Source of the DNA: Clostridia bacterium
GTDB taxonomy: Bacteria; Bacillota; Clostridia; Christensenellales; UBA3700
DNA: 64,000 nucleotides
Assembly (NCBI GenBank): GCA_029061605.1
Contig: JAIDRT010000045.1
Location: forward strand, 808-64,807
Reading direction: 5' to 3'
Shown here: positions 20,339 to 30,810 of the stretch, in pieces
Numbering within the stretch: position 1 is the first letter of the stretch
Layout: each line of letters starts with the position of its first letter
Made by a program: the position numbers and the translations under genes
Notes under the pieces: model-generated
The model's input: the letters and a program-made list of their open reading frames with translations, nothing else
The model's database searches: none
Told to the model about the DNA's origin: nothing

Positions 20339-21316
20339 ATGAATGAATTAGGTTTACTAGATACACAAATGGCAATCAAAGATTGCAAAGATACCTTTAT
20401 AGCGGATCTCTCCAAGGAATTGGACTTGAGCAGAGTTTCCGCTCCGCTTTTTGTGTTGCAGGAGAGCGGTTTTAATGACAATCTCAACGGAGTTGAGCGT
20501 CCCGTCTCGTTTGATATCAAAGAGAGCGGCAAGATTGCAGAGGTAGTACATTCGCTTGCAAAGTGGAAGAGATTTGCTCTCAAAAAATACGGCTTTGAAA
20601 TGCACAAGGGACTTTATACGGATATGAATGCCATTCGCCGCGACGAAATTGTCGACAATATTCATTCTATCTACGTTGACCAATGGGATTGGGAGAAGGT
20701 TATATCGGCAGAAGATCGCAACCTTGATTATCTTAAAGACACCGTAAGAAGTATATATAAAGTTATCAAATCCACTTGCGAAAGCGTAAGGGAAAAATAC
20801 CAACTTGAGAAATATAATATGCCAAGTGAAATATCTTTCGTTACGACGCAAGAACTTGAAGATATGTATCCCAATCTCACTCCGCAGGAGAGAGAAAACG
20901 CCGTTGCAAAAAAATACGGCGCTGTATTCATTATGCAGATAGGCGGATTGCTCAAGAGCGGTAAAAAGCACGACGGCAGAGCGCCAGATTATGACGATTG
21001 GTCGCTCAACGGAGATATCTTCGTAGACTATCCTGTCATAGGCAGGGGATTGGAACTCTCTTCTATGGGCATAAGAGTGGACAGGGCTTCGCTTCTTGAT
21101 CAACTTGCAAAGGAAAACGCTATGGACAGATTGGAACTTCCATTCCACACGGCGCTTGCCAACGGCAAATTGCCGTTGTCTATCGGAGGCGGAATTGGAC
21201 AGTCGCGTCTTTGTATGTTTATGCTTGGTAAGAGACATATTGGCGAAGTTCAACCGTCTGTCTGGAGCGACAGAGAGATAGAAAATTGCAAGAAGCAAGG
21301 CATTACGTTGCTATAA
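20339..21316 (+). CDS. asnA: Aspartate--ammonia ligase
   Basis: NDNLNGVERPV, VHSLAKWKR, VDQWDWE, RAPDYDDW, GGGIGQSR. Confidence 0.97.
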   Translation: MNELGLLDTQMAIKDCKDTFIADLSKELDLSRVSAPLFVLQESGFNDNLNGVERPVSFDIKESGKIAEVVHSLAKWKRFALKKYGFEMHKGLYTDMNAIRRDEIVDNIHSIYVDQWDWEKVISAEDRNLDYLKDTVRSIYKVIKSTCESVREKYQLEKYNMPSEISFVTTQELEDMYPNLTPQERENAVAKKYGAVFIMQIGGLLKSGKKHDGRAPDYDDWSLNGDIFVDYPVIGRGLELSSMGIRVDRASLLDQLAKENAMDRLELPFHTALANGKLPLSIGGGIGQSRLCMFMLGKRHIGEVQPSVWSDREIENCKKQGITLL

Positions 21317-21354
21317 TAAATGAGCGGTGATACTCACAAAAGTAAAAGGGATTT

Positions 21355-22401
21355 ATGAATTATCTGTTCTTTGATATCGAATGCGCGAATTGTTTCGGCG
21401 GGCACGGAAAAATATGCTCGCTTGGATACGTGCTTGCCGACGAAAGGCTTAATATACTGGAACAAAAAGATATTCTTGTCAATCCTAAGAGCAAATTCCA
21501 TACTTCGCGAGGAGATGGCGAGGGAATAGAACTTGGATACGACAAAAGCGAATTTCTCAAATCGCCCGATTTTAAGGCGACGTATCCCACGTTTAAAAAG
21601 TTGCTGGAAGATCCCGACGTCATTATCTTTGGTCATTCTGTCAACAACGATATCAATTTTTTAATTTCCGAATGCAATAGATACGAGATGCCGTACTTCA
21701 CTTTCAACGCTTTTGACACTCAAATTCTGCACCGTCATTTTATGCCAGATAGTAGCGAAAACGGACTGGGAAAGATATGCGAAGCCTTTGGAATATCAAC
21801 GGAGAATCTGCATCGCAGCGATTACGACGCTTATCTCACTTTGCAGGTCGCAAAGAAGATGTGTGAGATAAAAGGAGTGGATATCCAAGAACTTTTGCAC
21901 GAATGTCCCAACGCATATTATTCTGTGGAAAACGGCAACGTAAAAAATAATTATGCGACGGTATCTTATACCAAGAAGTTGTCGGGATATGCCAGATTTG
22001 TCAAGCCTGATCCAAAACTTCTAAAACACAGTAAATTGATGGACAAGCATTTTTGTTTTTCCACTGAGTTTGAAAAAGATAGATTTAAGCAAGCGCTTTT
22101 TCTTGTCAACACAATAAGACGAAAGGGAGGAGTATACTCTCAAAAAATATCAAAACTCGATTACTTCCTGCCTTTTGGAGAAAACTGTTTGCGTACCAAA
22201 AACGTAATGGGCATAGCCGACGGACATATCGCAATAGTGACGGAAGAGCAGTTGTTGGACATATTGGAAATTGATAAAAATCTTTATGAAGAAGTCAAGG
22301 CTTGGAGTATGGGTAAGATAAGAAATTATGGACTTCCCAAACCTAAGAAGCCCTCTAAGTCTTCCCGCGAAACGACAGATAATAAAACAAAAAAAGACTA
22401 G
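21355..22401 (+). CDS. DEDDh 3'-5' exonuclease (DnaQ-like) with a possible C-terminal BRCT-like domain
   Basis: FFDIEC, GHSVNND, HRSDYDA. Confidence 0.8.
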   Translation: MNYLFFDIECANCFGGHGKICSLGYVLADERLNILEQKDILVNPKSKFHTSRGDGEGIELGYDKSEFLKSPDFKATYPTFKKLLEDPDVIIFGHSVNNDINFLISECNRYEMPYFTFNAFDTQILHRHFMPDSSENGLGKICEAFGISTENLHRSDYDAYLTLQVAKKMCEIKGVDIQELLHECPNAYYSVENGNVKNNYATVSYTKKLSGYARFVKPDPKLLKHSKLMDKHFCFSTEFEKDRFKQALFLVNTIRRKGGVYSQKISKLDYFLPFGENCLRTKNVMGIADGHIAIVTEEQLLDILEIDKNLYEEVKAWSMGKIRNYGLPKPKKPSKSSRETTDNKTKKD

Positions 22402-22408
22402 GTAAACA

Positions 22409-23755
22409 ATGCAACAACTACCGCAAGAATTTTTGTCAAGAATGAAGAATATGTTGGGCGACGAGTACGACGTATTTTTGAAAAGTTATGACAAGAATAA
22501 AATTCAGGGCTTGAGAATTAATACTCTCAAATGCGACGGCAAAGCCGTATTTGACGAATTCCAATTGCGCGCCGTTCCTTGGTGCGACAGCGGATATTAT
22601 TTTGACGCTGACGACAGACCAGGCAAGAGCGTATTACACGAGGGCGGAGCATTTTATATTCAAGAGCCGAGCGCTATGGCTGTGGTGGAGAGTATGGGAG
22701 TTCAAAGAGGAGACGCCGTGCTTGATCTATGCGCTGCGCCAGGCGGTAAGAGCAGTCAGATAGCCTGCAAATTGCAAGGAGACGGATTGCTCATATCAAA
22801 TGAAATCATACCGTCAAGGGCAAAAATTCTGTCGCAGAATATAGAGAGAATGGGCGTAAGAAATTGCGTTGTTTTGAGCCAAAGTCCAGACGCGCTTTCA
22901 GTGAGATTGAGGGGAGTATTTGATAAAATTTTGGTAGATGCGCCTTGCTCCGGCGAGGGTATGTTTAGAAAGAATCCATTGGCTGTCGACGAGTGGTCGC
23001 CTGAGAACGTAGAAAATTGCAAAGTAAGACAACTTGATATACTTGATAAGGCTGTCAAAATGCTCAAATCCGACGGAGTTATAGTATATTCCACTTGTAC
23101 TTTTTCCAAGCAAGAAAACGAAGAAGTCATTGACGAGTTTTTGCAAAACAACGAGGACTTTGAAGTAGCAAAAAGCAACTTTGAGTTTTGTCAGGGATAT
23201 ACTTTGGATAATGGAAAATTCAATGCTCAACTTGTCAAAACCAATAGGATATTTCCTCACAAGTTTGGCGGAGAAGGACATTTCTTTGCCGTGCTGAAGC
23301 GCAATGGCGAAAAAAGTAAAACTAAATATCCTTTGCAGGCAGTCAAAGTCGACGCAAAAGCCGTCAAAGAATTCAAGGCTTGGCAAAATGAAAATTTAAA
23401 TGCGCAGTTTGATGCAAATTTATCTTTTGGGCAAACTTTATACAGTATGCCCGACGGTACACCTAGATTGGACGGACTTAAAGTAGAGAGAGCAGGTTTG
23501 CAACTGGGAGAATATAGAAAGAATAGATTTGAGCCGTCACACGCATTGGCAATGGCGTTGAAAGAGGGGGAAGTCAAGAGGACGTTGTCTTTGACAAAGC
23601 AAGACGCCGAGAAATATTTGAGCGGACAGACGCTTGACGCAGACGGTATAAAAGGCTGGGCGTTGGTTATGTATAACGGTGTATCGCTCGGTTGGTGCAA
23701 ATGCGACGGAACTTACGCAAAAAATCATTATCCAAAGGGGCTGAGAAAACTATGA
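22409..23755 (+). CDS. rsmF: RsmF/NOL1/NOP2/Sun rRNA m5C methyltransferase
   Basis: YIQEPSAM, DLCAAPGGK, DAPCSGEGMFRK, YSTCTF, KNHYPKGLR. Confidence 0.9.
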   Translation: MQQLPQEFLSRMKNMLGDEYDVFLKSYDKNKIQGLRINTLKCDGKAVFDEFQLRAVPWCDSGYYFDADDRPGKSVLHEGGAFYIQEPSAMAVVESMGVQRGDAVLDLCAAPGGKSSQIACKLQGDGLLISNEIIPSRAKILSQNIERMGVRNCVVLSQSPDALSVRLRGVFDKILVDAPCSGEGMFRKNPLAVDEWSPENVENCKVRQLDILDKAVKMLKSDGVIVYSTCTFSKQENEEVIDEFLQNNEDFEVAKSNFEFCQGYTLDNGKFNAQLVKTNRIFPHKFGGEGHFFAVLKRNGEKSKTKYPLQAVKVDAKAVKEFKAWQNENLNAQFDANLSFGQTLYSMPDGTPRLDGLKVERAGLQLGEYRKNRFEPSHALAMALKEGEVKRTLSLTKQDAEKYLSGQTLDADGIKGWALVMYNGVSLGWCKCDGTYAKNHYPKGLRKL

Positions 23756-24699
23756 AGATAGTCATACTTGACGGATATACAACTGACGAAGGTGAATTGA
23801 GTTGGGGCGAACTTGAGAAGTTGGGAGAAGTGAGTTACTACGAGCGCACTCCCGCCGACAAAGTCGTTGAGAGAGCAAAGGACGCAGATATTCTCATATC
23901 TAACAAAGTTATTCTCTCAAAAGAAGTGCTAACGCAACTTGACAAACTCAAATATATAGGCTTGCTTTCCACAGGCTTTAACGTAGTTGATTTGGACTAT
24001 GCCAAGCAAAGAGGCATACCTGTGTGCAATATTCCAGATTATTCGACTAAATCCGTTGCGCAATTGACGGTAGCGTTGCTTTTGGAGATAGCAATGGGAG
24101 TGGGCAAGCATTCGCAATCAGTGAACAACGGTGATTGGTCGGCTTGCAAAGACTTTTGCTATCGAATTCAGGACATAACGGAACTTGACGGCAAGACTAT
24201 CGGACTTGTTGGCTATGGCGCAATAGCGCAAGAAGTCGCAAAGATATCAAGCGCGTTGGGTATGAACGTGCTTGCGTATAGGCGCACTCATTGTGAAGAC
24301 GGTATTGCAAAAATGGTTTTGCTTGATGAGTTATACAGCAAAAGCGACGTGATAAGTATGCACTGTCCTATGAACGTCGACAGCGATAAGATGATTGACG
24401 AATGTGCAATATCCAAGATGAAAGACGGCGTGATAATACTCAATACGGCACGAGGCGGAGTTGTCGACGAAGCCGCCGTAAGAAGAGCGCTTGACAGCGG
24501 AAAGATTGCGGGGTATGGAGCGGACGTGCTGTCCGTCGAGCCGCCGACGGTAGACAATCCTTTGATTGGCGCGCCCAATTGCTATATCACTCCGCATATT
24601 GCCTGGGCGTCAAGGGAGGCAAGGTCAAGACTGATGCGTATCGCCATAGACAACGTAAAGGGATTTCTCAACGGCAATATAAAAAATTGCGTGTATTAG
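23752..24699 (+). CDS. D-2-hydroxyacid dehydrogenase (glycerate dehydrogenase-like)
   Basis: MKIVILDG start with ATGA overlap, GLVGYGAI, NTARG, TPHIAWA. Confidence 0.9.
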   Translation: MKIVILDGYTTDEGELSWGELEKLGEVSYYERTPADKVVERAKDADILISNKVILSKEVLTQLDKLKYIGLLSTGFNVVDLDYAKQRGIPVCNIPDYSTKSVAQLTVALLLEIAMGVGKHSQSVNNGDWSACKDFCYRIQDITELDGKTIGLVGYGAIAQEVAKISSALGMNVLAYRRTHCEDGIAKMVLLDELYSKSDVISMHCPMNVDSDKMIDECAISKMKDGVIILNTARGGVVDEAAVRRALDSGKIAGYGADVLSVEPPTVDNPLIGAPNCYITPHIAWASREARSRLMRIAIDNVKGFLNGNIKNCVY

Positions 24700-24726
24700 G
24701 CAAAATACAGCAAGGTAGGTGTTGAT

Positions 24727-25911
24727 ATGATTTCAAAAAAAATTAAAGACGTAATGCAATCAGGGTCTGCAATCAGGGCTATGTTTGAAGAGGGCAAGAG
24801 ACTTGCCGATATTTACGGCAAAGAAAACGTATACGACTTTTCTCTCGGCAATCCCAGCGTGCCTGCGCCCAAGTCAGTCAACGAGGCAATCAAGCAAATT
24901 GCTCAAGATACTGACGCGCTTTCTTTGCACGGATATATGCTCAACAGCGGATTTGAGAACGTGAGAGGCATAATTGCCAACAATCTCAACTCTAGATTTG
25001 GGACGGCATTTACTTCTAAAAATATCATTATGACGGTTGGCGCCGCAGGAGGGCTCAACGTTGCGCTCAAGTCTATAATCAACGACGGAGACGAGGTAAT
25101 AGTATTTGCGCCTTATTTTGGCGAATACAACAACTACGTTGCCAACGTCGGCGGTAAAGTAGTTGTCGTACCTCCCAATCCGCCTACTTTTCAACCTGAC
25201 TTGTTGGCTTTAAAATCATTGATAGGCGAGCGTACCAAAGCCGTTATAATCAATTCGCCCAACAATCCCACAGGCGTGATCTACGGCGAAGAAACCTTAA
25301 GAGAACTTGGAAAAATACTCAAAGAGCAAAGCGAGAAAAAGGGCGAGGCAATATACCTTATATCAGACGAGCCGTATAGGGAACTCGTCTATGGACAAAA
25401 CGCCGTTCCGTTTTTGACGAAGTATTATGACAATACTATTATTGGATATTCGTATTCTAAGTCGCTCTCACTGCCAGGAGAGAGAATAGGTTATCTTGCT
25501 ATACCCGACGAAGCAGAAGACAGCGAAAATCTAATTGCCGCTTGTTCAGTCGCGACGAGAATTCTGGGTTTTGTCAACGCGCCGTCTCTTCAACAACTCG
25601 TCATAGGGCGTTGTGTAGACGAAAAAACGGACGTATCGGCATACGACAAAAATAGAAAATTGCTGTATACTACGCTGACACAATACGGATTTGAGTGCAT
25701 AGAGCCGCAGGGCGCGTTTTATCTCTTTGTCAAATGCCCAATAGAAGAGAGTAAATTCGTGGAGAAAGCAAAGGAATATAATATACTCGTAGTAGGTGGA
25801 AAGAGTTTTGCCTGCGAGGGGTATTTCAGAATATCATATTGCGTAAGTTACGATATGATTGAGCGGTCCTTGCCGTTTTTCAAAAAACTTGCAGAGGAAA
25901 CGATAAAATAA
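24727..25911 (+). CDS. PLP-dependent class I/II aminotransferase
   Basis: FSLGNP, NSPNNPTG, DEPY, SYSKSLSLPGERIG. Confidence 0.92.
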   Translation: MISKKIKDVMQSGSAIRAMFEEGKRLADIYGKENVYDFSLGNPSVPAPKSVNEAIKQIAQDTDALSLHGYMLNSGFENVRGIIANNLNSRFGTAFTSKNIIMTVGAAGGLNVALKSIINDGDEVIVFAPYFGEYNNYVANVGGKVVVVPPNPPTFQPDLLALKSLIGERTKAVIINSPNNPTGVIYGEETLRELGKILKEQSEKKGEAIYLISDEPYRELVYGQNAVPFLTKYYDNTIIGYSYSKSLSLPGERIGYLAIPDEAEDSENLIAACSVATRILGFVNAPSLQQLVIGRCVDEKTDVSAYDKNRKLLYTTLTQYGFECIEPQGAFYLFVKCPIEESKFVEKAKEYNILVVGGKSFACEGYFRISYCVSYDMIERSLPFFKKLAEETIK

Positions 25912-25927
25912 CACTATAGGAGCAATT

Positions 25928-26800
25928 ATGAGCATTATTTATTCGGATGAACTAAAGGTAAAGATCGACGAGGTCGGCAGCAGTCTTTTGAGCATTGAGA
26001 ACGAAGACGGACTTGAATGTATTTGGCAGGGCGACGAGGCAAGTTGGATGGGTCACGACGTGACGATATTCCCATTCGTCGGCAGGCTCAAAGACGGTTA
26101 TTATACCGTTGATGGCGAAGAGTATTATATCCCTGCTCACGGTATATGCAGACGGCATAATTTTGAGATTGCAAGCAAGACAGCCGACAGCGTAACGCAT
26201 ATTTTTAAGTGGGACGAAGAGACTCTTGAGGTCTATCCATTTAAGTTTGAGTTGACGATCGAGCACAAAGTCGAGGGTGCAAAATATATCAAGACTATGA
26301 CTGTCAAAAATCTCGACGATAAGGAGATATATTACGGAATAGGCGGACACCCTGCAATGAACGTGGTAATGCAAAAGGGAGATACAGCAAACAACTTTGT
26401 CGTATTCAAAAAACCAATTGCTCCCAACAACTATTATCTTGACGACGCAGGACATTTTATAGAAAAAAAGGATAAGTATCAGCAATTGGATAGACTGAGT
26501 TGCTCAAAGTCTGTTATGCGTTCTCTCAAGACTTTGATTTTGACAGACGAGAATTTTGACGGACTTGAATTGCAAAGGCCTGACGGAGTGAATTTTAAGT
26601 TTGAATTTTCCAATCCGTCCGCGCTTGCCTTTTGGTCGCATCCAACGAGCGGAGCGTATTACTGCGTAGAGCCTTGGTGGGGAGTGCCTGATTTTGCATC
26701 TCCGGCAAGGGAATTAAAAGATAAAGAACTTATAGAAAAACTTGCCATTGGCGAGAGCCGTCAATATACGTTTTCAATAGAAATTTCACATAGCGAATAA
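25928..26800 (+). CDS. Aldose 1-epimerase family protein (LacX-like)
   Basis: IWQGD, FPFVGRL, HG..R, GGHPA, YCVEPW. Confidence 0.88.
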   Translation: MSIIYSDELKVKIDEVGSSLLSIENEDGLECIWQGDEASWMGHDVTIFPFVGRLKDGYYTVDGEEYYIPAHGICRRHNFEIASKTADSVTHIFKWDEETLEVYPFKFELTIEHKVEGAKYIKTMTVKNLDDKEIYYGIGGHPAMNVVMQKGDTANNFVVFKKPIAPNNYYLDDAGHFIEKKDKYQQLDRLSCSKSVMRSLKTLILTDENFDGLELQRPDGVNFKFEFSNPSALAFWSHPTSGAYYCVEPWWGVPDFASPARELKDKELIEKLAIGESRQYTFSIEISHSE

Positions 26801-26811
26801 GGAAATATATT

Positions 26812-28137
26812 ATGCCGTCACAAGTTCAAACAATATTCAGCAAAGCAAGCGGAAGAGCAGGACATTACCGCATACCGTCGATAGTCAAGACCAAAAGCGG
26901 AGTTTTGGTGGCTTGCGCAGACGAGAGATTTTATACCTGTAGAGACAATCCCAACAGAATTGACAAGGTAGTCAGACGTTCTTTGGACAACGGCTTGACT
27001 TGGGAAGAGCAAATCGTCGTCGTAGAAGAAGTGGGAGCGTCAATGCAAGACGCTTCGGCGGCAATAGATCCCTGTATGCTTTACGACGAGAACAGCGATA
27101 CTGTTTTTATGATTTATTCCCATACCCCAGCAGGAGTTGGCATACTCAAATGCAAGAAGGGATTAGGACAGGACAAAGAGGGAAATCTATATCTTTACGA
27201 GGGCAAGAAGAGATATACTCTCAAAGACGGTAAAGTCTATGATAAGTCAGGAAGTGTCAATGAAGACTACCGGATTATGCCCAACGGCGACGTGATTTTC
27301 AAAGGTCAACTTGCAGGCAATTACAAACTCAATTCGGGAAAACTCAAAGAACTTAAAACTTCTCATTTATATATCACTTCGTCAAACGACGACGGACTTA
27401 CTTGGTCGGAGCCTGTCAATATTTCTTATCAAGTAAAAGAAAAATATATGTCATTCATAGGCGCAGGACCGGGCGTGGGAATTACGGTAAAAGAAGGCAA
27501 GTATAAAGGAAGACTGATTTTTCCGCTATATTACAACGTCATTGAAAAATTTCAGATACTTATGCTGTCTGCTTGCGTTATGTACAGTGACGACAACGGC
27601 AAGACCTGGCATAGAGGCAAGTCTCCCAATCAGACGAGAAAACACGGAGTATTCCCTGTCGGACACAGAATTGTTTTGCCCGGCGATATGATCACGGAGA
27701 CTCAACTCATTGAGTGCGAGGGCGGGAGACTTAAGTTGTTTATGCGCAACCATTCTTCAAAAAAACTCATTGCTACCGCAGTCAGCGACGACGGCGGAGA
27801 GACGTGGCAAGACTATAAGCATCATCCCAAGTTGCCGCACTGCATTTGTCAGTGTTGCGTTGTCAACGGAGTTGATGACGGCAAGGAAGTTACGTTATTT
27901 CTCAACGCCGCAGACACCAAGGCAAGACGCAATGGCGTGATACGGCTATCTTACGACTACGGCGAAACTTTTGAATACAGCAAGTTGATAAAGCCGGGCG
28001 AGTTCGTATACAGTTGTATGGTATGGCTGGGCGATGGAAAGATAGGCGTATTGTATGAAGAAAATACTCAGCACGAAGAAATCAATTTTATTACCGTGAC
28101 TTTAGACGAAATCAAGAGCGGCGAACAGTTTGAATAA
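26812..28137 (+). CDS. GH33 sialidase, cytoplasmic (no signal peptide)
   Basis: YRIP motif, Asp-boxes (SLDNGLTW, SNDDGLTW, SDDNGKTW, SDDGGETW, SYDYGETF), YS and LYE. Confidence 0.92.
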   Translation: MPSQVQTIFSKASGRAGHYRIPSIVKTKSGVLVACADERFYTCRDNPNRIDKVVRRSLDNGLTWEEQIVVVEEVGASMQDASAAIDPCMLYDENSDTVFMIYSHTPAGVGILKCKKGLGQDKEGNLYLYEGKKRYTLKDGKVYDKSGSVNEDYRIMPNGDVIFKGQLAGNYKLNSGKLKELKTSHLYITSSNDDGLTWSEPVNISYQVKEKYMSFIGAGPGVGITVKEGKYKGRLIFPLYYNVIEKFQILMLSACVMYSDDNGKTWHRGKSPNQTRKHGVFPVGHRIVLPGDMITETQLIECEGGRLKLFMRNHSSKKLIATAVSDDGGETWQDYKHHPKLPHCICQCCVVNGVDDGKEVTLFLNAADTKARRNGVIRLSYDYGETFEYSKLIKPGEFVYSCMVWLGDGKIGVLYEENTQHEEINFITVTLDEIKSGEQFE

Positions 28138-28140
28138 TTT

Positions 28141-28178
28141 TATTGGCAAGCATATTATTATGCTTGCCAATATTTTTT
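28141..28178 (+). terminator. Intrinsic terminator
   Basis: TATTGGCAAGCAT/ATGCTTGCCAATA followed by a T-run. Confidence 0.75.
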
Positions 28179-28287
28179 AAAAGTAATATAGTATAAGAAG
28201 TTGATCAAACATAAAAAATATAGACGAATAACACTCGGTTTATATCTTTGCAACAGCGTCAAAAAAGCATAATAAAGGAGCAAAATT

Positions 28288-28965
28288 TTGGCAAACTTAA
28301 AGAGAGGACTTATAGTATCGTGTCAGGCAGTCAAGGGCGAACCTCTTTACGGACTTGGCATAATGGGATATATGGCAAGAGCCGCGGTTGAAGGCGGCGC
28401 GGTAGGTATCAGAGCCAATTACGTCAATGATATAGCCGATATAAAAAAAGAGGTCGACGTACCTATCATAGGAATAATAAAAGAAGTATATCCTGACAGT
28501 GAAGTTTACATCACGCCTACGCTCAAAGAAGTTAGGGCGTTGTTAGACGTTGGATGCGAAGTAATTGCTCTTGACTGTACAAAGAGGGAAAGACCAAATG
28601 GAGAAAAACTCCAAGACCTTGTCAAGTACATCAGAGATAATGCTCCTGCTGTGGAGATTATGGCAGATTGCTCAGACTTTGAAGACGCCGAAATTGCGTA
28701 TAAGTTGGGATTTGACTATATAGGTTCTACTATGAGAGGCTATACTCCGTATACCCAAGGTATAGAAATTCCTGATTACGACTTTTTGACAAAACTCGTC
28801 AAGTCGTTTCCCGACGTCAAGATCATTGCAGAGGGCGGTATATGGGAGAGAGATCAACTCGCCAAGGTGTGCGATTGCGGAGTATACGCGGTTGTAATAG
28901 GCTCTTCTATCACGCGTCCTAAGGATATCACTCAGAGATTTGTAGGAGCGTTGAAATTATGTTGA
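28288..28965 (+). CDS. nanE: N-acetylmannosamine-6-phosphate 2-epimerase
   Basis: GLIVSCQA, GIRAN, YITPT, MADCS, IAEG; TTG start with SD AGGAG. Confidence 0.95.
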   Translation: MANLKRGLIVSCQAVKGEPLYGLGIMGYMARAAVEGGAVGIRANYVNDIADIKKEVDVPIIGIIKEVYPDSEVYITPTLKEVRALLDVGCEVIALDCTKRERPNGEKLQDLVKYIRDNAPAVEIMADCSDFEDAEIAYKLGFDYIGSTMRGYTPYTQGIEIPDYDFLTKLVKSFPDVKIIAEGGIWERDQLAKVCDCGVYAVVIGSSITRPKDITQRFVGALKLC

Positions 28966-29843
28966 CGATAGGCGTAGACGTTGGCGGTACCAACATAAAG
29001 AGCGCTTTAATAGAAGTAGGCGACGCAACAAAAGCCAATACATATAGAATCTTAAAATTTGCTTCTGTTCCAACAGAGGCAAAAAAAGGCAGAGACTTTG
29101 TAGTAGCCAATATAATCAAGTCTATAGAGAAGTTTGACTGGAGAGACTGCGAGGCAATTGCCGTTGCTACGGCAGGCACTGTGGATTGGGATAGCGGCGA
29201 AATAACTTACGCTACTTCAACGATCCCCAATTATACAGGGACTGCGCTTTCTAAGATATTGAGCGAGCATTTTGGCAAAAGAGTCGTAGTCATCAACGAC
29301 GCTGTCAGCGCGCTTATAGGCGAAAGTTTCTTGGGAGCGGGAAAAAAGAGTTTGGGCAGCGTTATGATGTTCACTATAGGCACTGGGCTTGGAGCGTCAA
29401 TTCTTACTGGAAAAACTCTAGACAGTCAGACTGTTATGGATACCAGACTTGGACACTTTATACTTCACGAGGACGGCAGGCAATGCACTTGCGGACGAAA
29501 AGGATGCGCGGAGCAGTACGTATCCGCAACGGCTCTCAAGAGATACGGAAATGAAAATCTATATCAACTCTTTCACACGACGGACGTAGCGCAAAAGAAG
29601 ATATTGAGCGATTTTTACAAGGACTTGAGCAGAGTAATCGCAAGGTCGGCAGAGTTGTATTGTCCTTCGTTGGTCGTAATAGGCGGCGGCGTGATAGAGA
29701 TGTCAGAGTATTGGTGGCAGAGTTTTCTCAAAGAATACAGGAGCAAATGTTCCACGCCTATATCTCCTGCAAGTCTTGGCAACAAAGCGGGAGCGCTTGG
29801 CAGCGTATACGCAAGTTTAAACGGCGTATTTAAAAATCAATAA
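28959..29843 (+). CDS. nanK: ROK family kinase (probable N-acetylmannosamine kinase)
   Basis: GVDVGGT, GTGLG, GH..CTCGRKGCAE; lies between nanE and nanA. Confidence 0.75.
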   Translation: MLTIGVDVGGTNIKSALIEVGDATKANTYRILKFASVPTEAKKGRDFVVANIIKSIEKFDWRDCEAIAVATAGTVDWDSGEITYATSTIPNYTGTALSKILSEHFGKRVVVINDAVSALIGESFLGAGKKSLGSVMMFTIGTGLGASILTGKTLDSQTVMDTRLGHFILHEDGRQCTCGRKGCAEQYVSATALKRYGNENLYQLFHTTDVAQKKILSDFYKDLSRVIARSAELYCPSLVVIGGGVIEMSEYWWQSFLKEYRSKCSTPISPASLGNKAGALGSVYASLNGVFKNQ

Positions 29844-29869
29844 CAAATTTTACCAAGAGAGGTATTTTT

Positions 29870-30745
29870 ATGGATAAAGCAAAATTCAAGGGCGTGTTCT
29901 CGGCATTGCTGACGCCTTACACCACTGATGATAAGATCAACGGCAAATCTGTAAAGCAAATCATTGACTTCAACCTTGCAAAAGGTATCAACGGTTTTTA
30001 CGTAGGCGGCTCCACCGGAGAGGGAATGCTTTTGACCGTGGAGGAGAGGAAACAACTCTTTAAGTACGCGGCAGAAAGCAATGCGGGAAGAGGTACTATG
30101 ATAGCGCACGTGGGCACTATCAATACAAATCACGCTATAGATATGGCAAAGTACGCTCAGGATATGGGGTACGACGCTATTTCGGCGGTTGCGCCTTTTT
30201 ATTACGGTTTTTCCTACGAGGCTATCAAGGGATATTACAACGATATCGCCAACAGCGTTGACATACCTATGATTATGTATAATTTTCCTAATGCCAACGG
30301 CTTCCAATTCAACAAAGAGAGAGCCGAAGATATGTTTAAGAACAAGAAGTTTATAGGTATCAAGCACACCACGTCGGATCTATTTGCTCTTCAGCAGTTT
30401 AAGACTATGGAGTGCGATCCGCTGGTATACAACGGCTTTGACGAAATTTTGGTGGCAGGCTTGAGTATGGGCGCCGACGGCGGTATTGGATCAACTTACA
30501 ACTTTATGCCTCAAAAGTACGTCGATATGTATCGTCTTTTTAATGAGGGAGATATCAAGCAGGCCCAGAAAATTCAGTATGAGGCAAATGAGATCATTAC
30601 TATGCTTATTAAGTATGGAGTTTTTGCTACAGAAAAGGGAATACTTGAAGAGATGGGCATAGAAATGGGCGGTTGCAGAAAGCCGTTTACAGAGTTGTCG
30701 GCAGAAGGCAAAGCGTATTGCAAACAATTGGTTAAAAAACTTTAA
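29870..30745 (+). CDS. nanA: N-acetylneuraminate lyase
   Basis: YVGGSTGE, SAVAPFYY, GIKHT, GFDE, GGIGSTYN. Confidence 0.93.
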   Translation: MDKAKFKGVFSALLTPYTTDDKINGKSVKQIIDFNLAKGINGFYVGGSTGEGMLLTVEERKQLFKYAAESNAGRGTMIAHVGTINTNHAIDMAKYAQDMGYDAISAVAPFYYGFSYEAIKGYYNDIANSVDIPMIMYNFPNANGFQFNKERAEDMFKNKKFIGIKHTTSDLFALQQFKTMECDPLVYNGFDEILVAGLSMGADGGIGSTYNFMPQKYVDMYRLFNEGDIKQAQKIQYEANEIITMLIKYGVFATEKGILEEMGIEMGGCRKPFTELSAEGKAYCKQLVKKL

Positions 30746-30810
30746 AATTTTTTGATGATATGCGACAAGCGCGTTGTTAAACGGCGCGCTGTCGTCGCAA
30801 AGGAGAGTAT

